From the sequence record SRR22947727_2426: a DNA stretch of 47,175 nt. One strand, written 5' to 3'. Under the pieces are notes generated by a model that was given only the letters and a program-made list of their open reading frames with translations, had not been told where the DNA came from and searched no databases. Positions 1-10,200 of this stretch are shown piece by piece; the first letter of the stretch is position 1, and every line of letters begins with the position of its first letter. The translations under genes and the position numbers were made by a program.

Positions 1-416
1 CTCGCTCTCTTGGATGGCTCCAATGTGAGTAAACTTTGTCGGCTTTTCTGACTACAGAGCTTTTTAGATCAACGATATTCGCCGGAATTTTCCGTCCGAT
101 GAATGCAAAATTCCGGCAAGTGCAATTGCACCTCTTTGATCCCGGATGGACCAGCGCCCCAATAAGTATTTCTTAAAAAGTAGATTCCTATTCAGTTCCG
201 CAACCGGATGCTTTGTGTTATCTTCCAGGCGATGAAATCAATCCTGCTTCAGACCTCGGTTGTTGGCAGCGATTCTTTTCGCCGTTGCGAGGAGATTTGT
301 GTCAATGAACCTTCGACCCTTGACTGCGGTATCAGTCAAATGGCCAGTTGGGCACCGAAGCAGAAACTGGTGAAAATGGTTTTCGCGGTGGAGCCGATAA
401 AGGGAGGAATTTAAGG

Positions 417-1397
417 ATGAAGCGGAAGCAGATTATTCTTTTGGCTATTGTCGCAATAGTGCTTCCGGTCACGGGTTTCCTCTATCATTTATCGAATCCA
501 AGAGAATTCTTCGTATCTTCAAAGCAAGCCAGACCTTCAAATTTTAAGGTCGATGGAAGTACTCCAACTTATAGAGAGCTGTTTCTCGACTCCTTAGTCG
601 CGGATGAGGCTCTTTCGACGAATGCTCCAATTTCCAGCTTTCAAGTTACTGGAAACAAGATTGAGGCTCAAATTAAGGATCCGTCGGAAAAGAGTGCCAG
701 CTGTTCCGTTGGTAAGCGTTATCAGACCCGAAAAGGAACTTCCAACATCTTTTTGCCAACGGGGCAATCAATCAAGCTTCTCGCGATCGCCAGAAATCGC
801 ATCGAAGATATTCAGCCAAAAGGGGAAAATCTAGTCCCCGCTACTTGGTTTGATCCACTTTCGCTGTCTGAAATCTCTAATCCAGAGAAACTAGGGCTTA
901 CTGAAACGCCTTATGTTTGGAGGTATTATGGCACGCTGGCGGTAGCCTTCGAAATGCCAGAAGAAGAAGCCGGGCGGTCGATTCAATGGCATAACCCGCA
1001 TGCGTTTGATCGACATATGCAAACCCGGGTCCATGAAATGGCTCGATGGCGAAAGCTGAATGGGATTTTATATTATGCTTTGGATTATCGTCGAATTCTG
1101 AGTTCCCCAATTGATATTCACTTAACAATTGGCTGTGGGGAGCCTGAGGAAGTTGATGTCGATATCCGTCAAAGTTCACAAAAAACTCCAGCGATTTTTA
1201 AGGGAACTGGAACTCAATTGTCAGTTCTTCATTTCACGGACGGTTGGGTGAAAACGTCCGGTGAAAGTCGAACCAAGACAAGTTTCGAATGGAATCCTCA
1301 AAATCCCAAAAATCGAAAATTGGTGAGGGTTCTGACAGATGGTATTGCAAAGCTGATAATACCGTCGATTCGTCAAACCGATTTCCTTAGCGTATGA
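417..1397 (+). CDS. Hypothetical protein with N-terminal membrane anchor/signal sequence (possibly C-terminally truncated)
   Basis: ORF 348..1397; ATG at 417 follows GGAGG (403-407) and begins MKRKQIILLAIVAIVLPVTGFLY (basic then hydrophobic). No family recognised. Confidence 0.6.
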   Translation: MKRKQIILLAIVAIVLPVTGFLYHLSNPREFFVSSKQARPSNFKVDGSTPTYRELFLDSLVADEALSTNAPISSFQVTGNKIEAQIKDPSEKSASCSVGKRYQTRKGTSNIFLPTGQSIKLLAIARNRIEDIQPKGENLVPATWFDPLSLSEISNPEKLGLTETPYVWRYYGTLAVAFEMPEEEAGRSIQWHNPHAFDRHMQTRVHEMARWRKLNGILYYALDYRRILSSPIDIHLTIGCGEPEEVDVDIRQSSQKTPAIFKGTGTQLSVLHFTDGWVKTSGESRTKTSFEWNPQNPKNRKLVRVLTDGIAKLIIPSIRQTDFLSV

Positions 1398-1406
1398 TTT
1401 TTATTT

Positions 1407-2720
1407 ATGCGCTTTCTATTGCTCATCTCATGTTGGCTGCTGGCATTCTCTTTTTTAAAGGCTGATTCACCCGCCAACTGGCCCCAATTTCGTGGTCCGC
1501 TCGGAACGGGCGTGGCTCCCGATGCTGATCCACCGATCGAATGGAGTGAAACCAAAAATGTTCAATGGAAAACCCCGCTTCCTGGATTGGGGCATTCGTC
1601 GCCGATTGTGTGGGGGGATCGGATTTTTCTAACCACGGCGATTCCATTTGGGGAAAAACTCGCCGAACCCAAACGAAGTGGTCGGCCCGGCGCGCACAAT
1701 AATCTCGCCGTCAGCCAAAAACATCGGTTTGTCGTGCTGACGATTGATCGAACCACAGGCAAGATTCTGTGGGAACAACATGTGGCCGAGGCATTACCGC
1801 ATGAAGGCGGGCACGAGTCAGGATCGCTCGCTTCGGCCTCGCCCGTGACCGATGGTGAGTACGTGTATGCTTTTTTTGGATCACAGGGACTGTTTTGCCT
1901 CGATTATTCAGGACGCATTATCTGGCAGCATGATTTGGGCGATCAATTCACCAAGCACGGCCACGGGGAGGGGAGTTCGCCTCTGGTTCATGGAGATCTC
2001 GTTGTGGTGAACTGGGATCACGAAGAAACCTCGGTGATTACGGCGTTTCATAAAAAGACCGGCAAGATCGTCTGGCAAAAGGAGCGGGACGAGGGCACTT
2101 CGTGGTCGACACCGATCGTGACGGAGCATGATGGTCGTGATCAACTTATTGTGAGTGGCACCAAAGCCATTCGAGCCTATGACTTGGCCGATGGCTCGCT
2201 CATCTGGCAGTGCAGTGGGTTATCAGCCAACGTCGTAGCGACTCCGGTCGCGGAACCAGGCTACGTTTACGCAGCGAGCAGTTACGATTTTCAGGCGATG
2301 ATGGGTATCAAGCTCGATGGAGCAAAAGGTGATATCACAACCAGTGGAAACGTCATTTGGCGGCGATCTCGTCGAACTCCCTATGTCCCATCGCCCTTAT
2401 TACATGATGGGGTGCTCTATTTTCTAGCGCATTATCAGGGCGTGCTCTCGCGGGTGGTGGGGAAAACCGGCGAGGAGCTGGAAGGACCGTTTCGAATCCC
2501 AGACCTTCGCGAGGTGTATGCCTCACCCGTCGCTGCAGCGGATCGGATCTATTTGGTGGATCGCAGCGGAGTGGTCGTTGTGATTTCGACAGACTCTCGT
2601 CCGAAGCCTCTCGGGGTGAATAGGCTCGATGATTCGTTTAGCGCAACGCCGGCAATTGTGGGTGACGAACTGATTCTTCGAGGTGAAAAGGCACTGTATT
2701 GCCTAAAAAACGCCAATTAA
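1407..2720 (+). CDS. PQQ-binding-like (BamB-like) beta-propeller repeat protein, secreted
   Basis: Signal peptide, NWPQFRGP start and repeated G-x-x-x-W and SSP/STP/ASP blade motifs typical of the PVC-expanded PQQ-like propeller family. Confidence 0.85.
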   Translation: MRFLLLISCWLLAFSFLKADSPANWPQFRGPLGTGVAPDADPPIEWSETKNVQWKTPLPGLGHSSPIVWGDRIFLTTAIPFGEKLAEPKRSGRPGAHNNLAVSQKHRFVVLTIDRTTGKILWEQHVAEALPHEGGHESGSLASASPVTDGEYVYAFFGSQGLFCLDYSGRIIWQHDLGDQFTKHGHGEGSSPLVHGDLVVVNWDHEETSVITAFHKKTGKIVWQKERDEGTSWSTPIVTEHDGRDQLIVSGTKAIRAYDLADGSLIWQCSGLSANVVATPVAEPGYVYAASSYDFQAMMGIKLDGAKGDITTSGNVIWRRSRRTPYVPSPLLHDGVLYFLAHYQGVLSRVVGKTGEELEGPFRIPDLREVYASPVAAADRIYLVDRSGVVVVISTDSRPKPLGVNRLDDSFSATPAIVGDELILRGEKALYCLKNAN

Positions 2721-2823
2721 GCGCCCGAAATGGGTCGAATTTATGGAAATTCATAAAAAATGGACAAAAACGGTTGCTTAGTTATTGAAATTATGGAAAT
2801 TGTGGAGGAAGCGATTCACAACC

Positions 2824-3228
2824 ATGAAAGAGACATTTTACTTCACCACTGATATGCCAACCGAAAGCTTTGATGAGCTTTCGCCAGATCAGTCAATTGT
2901 GGAAACAAGAAATCACGGAACCAGCGACCTTGAGTCCCTCGGCCGGACGATGCCGAAAACGTTTCTTGATCCACAGGAAGAACTTGAATGCCGCATCGCC
3001 CTTCTCGAAGTGGCTTTCCAAAATCACGCACTTGAAATTCGAGATCGTGTCGCCAAGCGCCTCGAAGAGTTGGAAGAAAAAATTGAAATGCAGAACAGCG
3101 TTAATCACAACGCGATCCGCGACGAGTCAAAGCAGCTAATCGCTGATTTTGAAGAGCTCTCTACATCAGTTGCTAATGCGATTGACCGAGTCGAGTCCGC
3201 TGCATTCGCCGCACTTTCAGCGAAGTGA
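2824..3228 (+). CDS. Hypothetical acidic coiled-coil protein
   Basis: ORF 2785..3228; first ATG at 2824 chosen; heptad-like Leu/Glu-rich C-terminal half. Confidence 0.55.
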   Translation: MKETFYFTTDMPTESFDELSPDQSIVETRNHGTSDLESLGRTMPKTFLDPQEELECRIALLEVAFQNHALEIRDRVAKRLEELEEKIEMQNSVNHNAIRDESKQLIADFEELSTSVANAIDRVESAAFAALSAK

Positions 3229-3232
3229 ACAC

Positions 3233-3264
3233 AAAAAAACTCCACCGGTGAACCGATGGAGTTT
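3233..3264 (-). terminator. Intrinsic terminator for the L,D-transpeptidase gene (possibly bidirectional)
   Basis: Minus-strand RNA reads AAACUCCAUCGG-UUCA-CCGGUGGAG-UUUUUUU (stem with one U.G pair, then U7), between convergent stop codons at 3228 and 3296. Confidence 0.75.
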
Positions 3265-3295
3265 ATTGAAAGTCTTGAGATTGGGCCCGGAGAAA

Positions 3296-3865
3296 TTACA
3301 AACCGGCCCACGAAGAAACGATGCTGACTGGTGCGCCGTAACTCATGTGGTCATAAACGAGTTGAGCCGCATCGGATGGGAGGCGAATACAACCAGCTGA
3401 TGCGGGGTAACCGGGAAGGTATCCAGCATGGACGCCAAAAACGGTGCCGCTCAAACGCTGCCAATAAGGCATTTCCACACCGTAAATAGTCGAAACTTTG
3501 CCGGTGCGAACCCGCTCGGAAACGCGAAATGTTCCGCGTGGTGTGTATTTTCCGCTTCGTGCAGTGGAAACTGGAAATTCAGCACCTTTGCTGCCATTGA
3601 CGAGCAAATATCCCTTTTGGTTACCAATATCGATGACCACTTTTGTGTTCTTTTTATTCGATTTTGCTAAGATCATCTCGTGCTTCTTCGTTGGAGATAC
3701 GCGAGGACGTTTTGCAGCCTCCTTTTTCTTCTTATTGTAAGCTGACCCGTAACGTGCTGACGAATGCGAAGTGCTTCGTATATCAGTTGCGAGGCCTTCA
3801 ATCGTGCATCCCGTCATAAAAACGAGCAAAGAAGAAATGGAAAGGAAAGCAGAAAGGCGGGTCAT
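3296..3865 (-). CDS. L,D-transpeptidase (YkuD family) lipoprotein
   Basis: Lipobox-like FMTGC; PVSTA, TPRGTF, MPYWQR and the catalytic H...C motif GVHAG...ASAGCIRL. Confidence 0.9.
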   Translation of the reverse strand: MTRLSAFLSISSLLVFMTGCTIEGLATDIRSTSHSSARYGSAYNKKKKEAAKRPRVSPTKKHEMILAKSNKKNTKVVIDIGNQKGYLLVNGSKGAEFPVSTARSGKYTPRGTFRVSERVRTGKVSTIYGVEMPYWQRLSGTVFGVHAGYLPGYPASAGCIRLPSDAAQLVYDHMSYGAPVSIVSSWAGL

Positions 3866-3947
3866 CGAGGTAAGGTTCTGTTGAGATTCAGAAAATTGGT
3901 CTGAATTTCCATACCCAGTTAGAGCGATTATATCAATTAAAAATTAC

Positions 3948-5135
3948 TCAACTAACTGAAATAATTGGCTTTTCCTGATTTACTTCCGCTGAATAGTCAA
4001 CTCCCTGAGCGCCAAAGCCGAACAATTTCAAAAATTCGTCGCGATACCCGGAAAAATCCGAAATTTGAGAAAGATTTTCGGTATTCACTTCAGCCCACTT
4101 TTCATGGACGGGTTTTTGCACCGCCTCGCTCATTTCCCAGTCATCAATCCGAATCCGGCCCTTCTCGTCTATGGTTGGTCCGTTTGCGCTTGCGAGATGA
4201 TCCGAGAAAAGCCGCTGAATCTGCTCGATGCAACCTTCGTGATTTCCCGCCTCTTTCATCACTTTATAAAGCAGTGAGATGTAGAGCGGAACAACCGGAA
4301 TCGCTGAGCTCGCTTGAGTTACGAGCGCTTTATTCACTGATACAACGGCCGTTCCGTCTCCGAATTTTTCGTTCAAACGAGCTGCCGATTCTTCAACATG
4401 CTCCTTCGCTTTTCCAATCGTTCCATTGGTGTAAATAGGAAACGTCAGCTCAGGCCCGATGTAGGAATACGCGACCGTTTTGACTCCATCCGCCAGCACG
4501 TCGGCTTCGGCGAGCGCGTTCATCCACAGTTCCCAGTCTTCGCCGCCCATCACTTTTACGGTGTGCGCGATTTCTTCTTCGGTGCACGGCTCGATCGTAA
4601 TTTCATCAACCACACCGCTTTCCGTATTTAGATTTTTCTGAGTGTAAGGCTCACCAATCGGCTTGAGGACTGACTTGTAGGTCTCGCCGTCGGTTGGGTC
4701 CATCCGGCGAGGTGATGCCAGTGAGTAAACCACCGTGTCGATTTTGCCCAAATCCGCTTTGATCGTCGCGATCACTTGATCCTTAATTTCGTTCGAAAAT
4801 GCATCGCCGTTGAAGCTCTTCGCGTAAATTCCCGCCTTCTCGGCTTCTTCCTCAAAAGCCGCCGTGTTATACCATCCTGCGCTGGCCGTTTTGCGTTCCG
4901 TTGGTGGTTTTTCAAAAAAGACACCGACCGTCGAAGCGCCGCCCGCAAATGCCGGAACAATCCGCGAAGACAGGCCATATCCGGTCGAAGATCCGATCAC
5001 GAGAACGTTTTTCGGCGGATTCGCCATCGCAGGTTGCGACTTAACGTAATCGATTTGCTCGCGCACATTTGCAGCACAGCCATCAGGATGAGCCGTCGTA
5101 CAAATAAAACCTCGGGTCTTTGGTTCAATGATCAT
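3948..5135 (-). CDS. fabV: Enoyl-ACP reductase FabV / trans-2-enoyl-CoA reductase
   Basis: MIIEPKTRGFICTTAHPDGC, VIGSSTGYG, YSLASPRR, VMGGEDW, YSYIG, TQASSAIP, HEGCIEQ, LFGFG are all FabV/TER signatures. Confidence 0.95.
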   Translation of the reverse strand: MIIEPKTRGFICTTAHPDGCAANVREQIDYVKSQPAMANPPKNVLVIGSSTGYGLSSRIVPAFAGGASTVGVFFEKPPTERKTASAGWYNTAAFEEEAEKAGIYAKSFNGDAFSNEIKDQVIATIKADLGKIDTVVYSLASPRRMDPTDGETYKSVLKPIGEPYTQKNLNTESGVVDEITIEPCTEEEIAHTVKVMGGEDWELWMNALAEADVLADGVKTVAYSYIGPELTFPIYTNGTIGKAKEHVEESAARLNEKFGDGTAVVSVNKALVTQASSAIPVVPLYISLLYKVMKEAGNHEGCIEQIQRLFSDHLASANGPTIDEKGRIRIDDWEMSEAVQKPVHEKWAEVNTENLSQISDFSGYRDEFLKLFGFGAQGVDYSAEVNQEKPIISVS

Positions 5136-5204
5136 GCCGAGATTCTTATCCGAACCCCGCTGGAAAACAACCCCTGAAAAGCAATTCCGAAACCTCGCTT
5201 TTTT

Positions 5205-6533
5205 TTACGCCAAAATCACATCCACCGTCCGCGCCGCCGCTCCACGATGCATTTCCATCTCTGCCTGACCGCGTTTTGCCATGTCAGCGGCTTTCTCTGA
5301 ATCTGCCAGAACATCAGCAATCGCTTTTTCCAACAAATCCGCGTCACTTGCCGGTAATTGGATAATTCCCTCTGCCGCAACGAGATCAGCCATCACGCCG
5401 GAGAAATTTTGCATGTTCGGGCCGACGATCGTGGGCCGTCCTGCCATGACGGGTTCGACGGGGTTCTGGCCGCCTTTTCCGGTGATGCTTTTTCCGATGA
5501 CGACGGCGTCAGCAAGGAAAAACCAGGCGCGGAGCTCTCCGGTGGTGTTGGCGATTAATGCCGGATTTTCGAACGCACCCTGTTGGTTCGATGAACGTAC
5601 CCTATTGGTTCGTAAAACGGAGGAAATGTCCTCGGCCACGAGTTCAGCCTGTATTTCTCCCGCGCGTTCGGCGTGACGGGGAACGATCACGAGCGCGAGA
5701 TCGGGCGTGGTTTTTTGAAGGTTCCGCCAAATTTTTCCGAGCAAGGCTTCCTCGCCGGCGTGGGTGCTGCCGCCAAGTAAAATGGGCTGATCATCGGTCA
5801 CGCCGTTTTCGCGAAGCCAGGTTCGCAGCTCTTCGATTTTTGCGTCGGGGCGATCGGTGGCTTGATCTTCGTCGAATTTTACGCTGCGGGTCAGGGTGAT
5901 GTTGTTGCGATCAATTCCGAGACTGCTCCAGCGATTAAAATCACCTTCAAACGGAACGCAGACGTGATTCACCATGCCGAAAATGGGACGAATCATAGCG
6001 CCGAATTGCAAATAGCGTTTTTCGGATCGAGGCGATAACCGCGCGTTCACGAGATGAATCGGGATGTCGCGTTTTTGAATCTGGCGACACAAATTGGGCC
6101 ACACTTCGGCTTCGACGAGGATCAGTTTTTCGGGCCGGATTAGCTTGATAGCCCGCCACGTCACGAGCGGGACGTCGACGGGATTGTGCAACACGGTGAC
6201 GTTTTTGGAATCGATGTATTTGTCGTCGGCGAGTTTCAATCCGGTCGTCGTCGTAGTCGTGAGAACGATGTTGCGATCCGGTTCGCGGTCGAGCAGGGCG
6301 GCGATTATTTTTTCGGCGACGAGAATTTCGCCAACGCTGACGGCGTGAATCCAGAAATTTCCCTCGCGGCTCAGTTTTTCGATGACTTCGGGTTTATAAA
6401 ATCCAAAACGCTGGCGAAAATTCCGTGCGAGCCCACCGCGACGGATTCCTTTGATAATAAAGGAAGGAAAACTGACGATCAGAAAAATCGGCAGCAGCAA
6501 ATTGTAGATAAATAGAACGATGCAGAGAGGCAT
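5205..6533 (-). CDS. waaA: 3-deoxy-D-manno-octulosonate (Kdo) transferase
   Basis: WIHAVSVGE, TTTTG, EAEVWPN, NARLS, STHAGEE, VPRHAER, GGQNPVEP, GPNMQNF. Confidence 0.95.
   Translation of the reverse strand: MPLCIVLFIYNLLLPIFLIVSFPSFIIKGIRRGGLARNFRQRFGFYKPEVIEKLSREGNFWIHAVSVGEILVAEKIIAALLDREPDRNIVLTTTTTTGLKLADDKYIDSKNVTVLHNPVDVPLVTWRAIKLIRPEKLILVEAEVWPNLCRQIQKRDIPIHLVNARLSPRSEKRYLQFGAMIRPIFGMVNHVCVPFEGDFNRWSSLGIDRNNITLTRSVKFDEDQATDRPDAKIEELRTWLRENGVTDDQPILLGGSTHAGEEALLGKIWRNLQKTTPDLALVIVPRHAERAGEIQAELVAEDISSVLRTNRVRSSNQQGAFENPALIANTTGELRAWFFLADAVVIGKSITGKGGQNPVEPVMAGRPTIVGPNMQNFSGVMADLVAAEGIIQLPASDADLLEKAIADVLADSEKAADMAKRGQAEMEMHRGAAARTVDVILA
5565..5617. repeat. Dispersed 53-bp bipartite element, copy A (direct arrangement), inside waaA
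   Basis: attttc-GAAC gcaccctgttg GTTC-gat-GAAC gtaccctattg GTTC-gtaaaa. Confidence 0.9.
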
Positions 6534-6548
6534 GGCGAAGGGGCTGGA

Positions 6549-7106
6549 TCAGCTTCGGGCGAGAAAACTAATGCGGGTGTCGCCGTATTTCTTCTCTTTT
6601 TGCACGGTCCACAACGGCGTCTCGGGCAGGGGATTCCGCGCCAGGGTTTCGAGAACGAACAAGCTGTCAGGTTTCAGGGACTGAGCGAGATTTTCGAAAT
6701 TGAGCAAATTTTCAAGCAGCTCGGTGGTCTCTTCGTCGCGTGCGTAAGGGGGATCCGCGAAAATGAGATCGAATGTTGCCTCCGAGCTGAGCCGTTTGAT
6801 AAACGATTCGACGTCGGTTTTTCGCAGGGTGGCGTTTTCGGAGAGTTTGGTTTTCGTAAGATTCGCCGTGATGATTTCGCACGCGTTCCGATTTTCCTCC
6901 ACAAAAAGGGCTGATTTCGCGCCGCGGCTGAGGCTTTCAATCCCGAGCGAGCCGGTTCCCGCAAAGAGATCCAGCACCGTGGCATCGGCGATTCGGAGGC
7001 CAAGCGATGAGAATACAGCTTCGCGAACCCGATCGGTAGTCGGTCGGGTGAAGGTTTTGGGAACGGTGAGCTGAATTCCGCCTGATAGGCCTGCGATAAC
7101 GCGCAT
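6549..7106 (-). CDS. rsmD: 16S rRNA (guanine966-N2)-methyltransferase RsmD
   Basis: Start at MRVIAG (ATG 7106); RPTTDRVREAVFS, VLDLFAGTGSLGIESLSRGA, IFADPPY, KKYGDT. Confidence 0.93.
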   Translation of the reverse strand: MRVIAGLSGGIQLTVPKTFTRPTTDRVREAVFSSLGLRIADATVLDLFAGTGSLGIESLSRGAKSALFVEENRNACEIITANLTKTKLSENATLRKTDVESFIKRLSSEATFDLIFADPPYARDEETTELLENLLNFENLAQSLKPDSLFVLETLARNPLPETPLWTVQKEKKYGDTRISFLARS

Positions 7107-7228
7107 ATTGAGTGGTTGAACTCTTGGTCTTATTTCTGCGGACTTCAATGAATATCCGACGGCTTCCTGCCTGCGATATTTCCCTCAAATCCGCTTTGTT
7201 TGATTTCGAATTGCGATAGAGTCGGGGA

Positions 7229-10200
7229 AATGGGCCGTATCACTTCTATGTTCTCTTTCCGAATTCTTTTCTCTGCGTTGCTGGGTTTGCTCTTCATGAT
7301 AGCGGCGCATCAACCCATTTGTGGTCAAGATGTGCCGGTCGAGCAAATTGAAACGCTTCCGGCGGTTCCAGTGGATGAAGAGCCTGAGTCGGGTGGAGTA
7401 ATTGAAGACGGTCAGCCGGTTCCTGAACCGCTGCAGCCATGGATTCCGTGGGTTTCCAAAGGAATTCATGATGAAGCTATTCCTCGTCATCACGGCAATG
7501 GCATGGATCGGCTGCCGCTCTGGATTTCGCGGGCAACGATTGATGCGCAGCCTAAGGGAGCTGATTTTTCGGTTGAGGTGGAGGCTTTCGATAAAACGTG
7601 GCTTTCTCTTCCCGGAGGCGGAAGGCAGTGGCCGTCTCAGGTTGCGGTTGATGGCGTGCTGACTCCGGTGGTAGATCGAGCGGACTCGCCAACGATTTGC
7701 CTTTCCAAAGGGAAATCGACGATCACTGGAAAATTTGAGTGGAACGAGCTTCCGCAAAAAATAAGTATTCCTCCTCAAATAGGTCTGCTTGATTTGCAGG
7801 TGGGAGGTGTCAAGAAACCGGCTCCTTCACGTGATGCTGACGGTACGCTTTGGCTTCAGCGCGAAGCTTCTACAGAAGCGGTCGATGAAGATTTTCTTTC
7901 GATCAAAGTTCATTCATTGCTAGAAGACGGGATTCCTCTGTGGTTTGAAACTCGAATTGATCTGATTGTGGCTGGTAAGAGCCGCGAAGAAGCGTTGGGA
8001 GCGGTTCTGCCGCAAGGGTGGCAGCTGGCAACGATTACGTCGCCCATTCCGGTGGCGATTGATGAGAAGGGTTTTCTGAAAGCTCAACTTCGGGCGGGGC
8101 GATGGAGTATTGTTCTGCGTGCTTTTCAAAATGCTGAAGTGGATGAAATTCGGTTTGCTGAGGATGCGAAACCTGCTGCGGAGGATCAAGCGCTCGCTTA
8201 TGGGGCCTCGCCGGAGTTTCGACAGGCAGAAATCATGGGGCTTCCGCAAATCGATGCTGCGCAGACGCAAATGCCGGAAGAGTGGCGATCGTTTCCGATT
8301 TATCGTTGGGATACCAGTGGCGCGTTTCAACTTGTGGAACGAGTTCGTGGGCCGGGAGTTCGGGGGAAAGCACCGCTCACGATTCGCCGTTTGTTGTGGT
8401 TGGATGACGACGGAAAAATGCTGACCTATCATGATTCGTTGTCTGGGGAACTCCGCCAAATTCGGCGTCTTGATGCGGCGGATTCGCACCAGTTGGGCTC
8501 GGTCTCGGTGAATGGGGAGCCTCAACTGATCACTCATAATCCTGACGGAGGTGATCGCGGGTTTGAGATTCGCACGCCGCGGTTGGATGCGGTGGCAACG
8601 GGTCGCATTGAAATGCAGGATTCGTTATCAGCAACGGGATGGCAAACCGATGCAGGTAGTCTCACTGCCCATATGCAACTGTCTCCGGGCTATCGGCTGT
8701 TTGCGTTGATGGGAGCGGACTACACCAAGGGTGACTGGCTAACGTCATGGACGTTGCTTGATCTCTTTCTATTGCTCTTATTTACCCTCGCCGTTTTCAG
8801 ACTTCGTGGGTTTCTCGGGGCGTTGCTTGCTCTGGTCGCTTTTGGCCTGGCTTATCATGAGCCGGGCGCGCCGAAGTTGCCGTGGCTACTGCTGTTGGTG
8901 CCGGTGGCGTTGTGTGAGGTGAATTTAAGTGAGCGTTGGAGAAAGTGGAACGTGATCGTAAAATGGGGGGCTGCCGTCATTTTACTGATGTTTTTGGCCC
9001 CTTTTCTGGCCTATCAAATTCAGGGAGCCATTTTTCCGCAATTGGAACGGAAGGCGGCTTACAATCAGCCGGCGGCAAGTGGCGGATATGCTCCCTCAGT
9101 GCAGCGGGTAGCTTCACAGGTGGTGCAGCAATCTAGCAGCAGAGGTGCTTCTAAGAAGCCAACGTATTCTAAGTCGAAGGAAAATCTGAAAGCGGATCCT
9201 AAAGCAGTCATTCAAACCGGACCAGGCGTGCCGATGTGGACGTGGCGAACCATCGAGTTCGGATTTGATGGTCCGGTTTCCGCTTCGCAAACGGTGAAAC
9301 CTATTTTGATATCGCCCATTCAATCGCGAATTATTGGTGTGGTGCGCGTGCTGGCGTTGGTGCTTCTTGCCGTGCTGCTTTTTCGCCGCCGGAAGAAGAA
9401 GTCTGGATCGTCCGACTCGGAATCTGAACCAACTTCTAAAGGACTGCCTTCAGGAGTCACCAGTTCTGCCGCGATGGTTATCGGAGCGTTCATTCTCGTG
9501 GCGGCACCATCAAATGCGTCGGCGCAGTTTCCAGAGGCGGAAATGTTGAAGGAGTTGCGCAATCGACTTTCTGAAACCCCGCCCGGATTTCCCGATGCAG
9601 CCTCCGTTGCGAGCGCTTCGATGACGATTGAAGAGGAGGCTGTAACGCTTGAATTGGAATTCCATGCCGTTGCGAGAGCGGCAGTTCCCATTCCTGTGCC
9701 GATGAACGCGATGGAACCTGTGTCCGCTTCGTTTGCCTCGGGAGAACCAGCAACTTTGTTGCGAGATGAAGGCAAACTCTGGATTTTGCTGCCGGAACCG
9801 GGGATTCATCGCATCGTCGTGAAAGGCATTCTTCGAAACCGCAGCGACTGGGAATGGGGATTTGATCTGAAACCGCGAAAGCTCACGGTTGAAGCCTCGG
9901 GGTGGACTGTGAGCGGAATTCGCACAGATGGCAGTGCTGAGGATCAGGTTTTATTTTCCAAAATGCGTGAGGAAGGCAGTCAGGCGTCATCGGCTAATTA
10001 CGATGATCCGCGCACTAATCATGCGATTCTCGTTTCGCGCCAAATCGAACTCGGGCTGGTCTGGCGGGTGCAAACCACGGTGTCCCGACTTTCTCCAAAA
10101 GGCAGGGCGGTCGCTCTGAACGTGCCGCTTCTTGAAGGGGAAAAGGTCGTCAGCGCAGGGCGCACCGTAAAAGGCGGCGCGATCGAAGCTCGTCTCGGAC

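Noticed and set aside
5586-5596. Central GTTC-NNN-GAAC as a LexA/SOS box
   Set aside because: The LexA boxes I know with these half-sites use a 4-bp spacer (GAAC-N4-GTTC, or TGTTC-N4-GAACA in Verrucomicrobia). Here the spacer is always 3 bp, conservation extends over 53 bp, and the sites are not at SOS-gene promoters.
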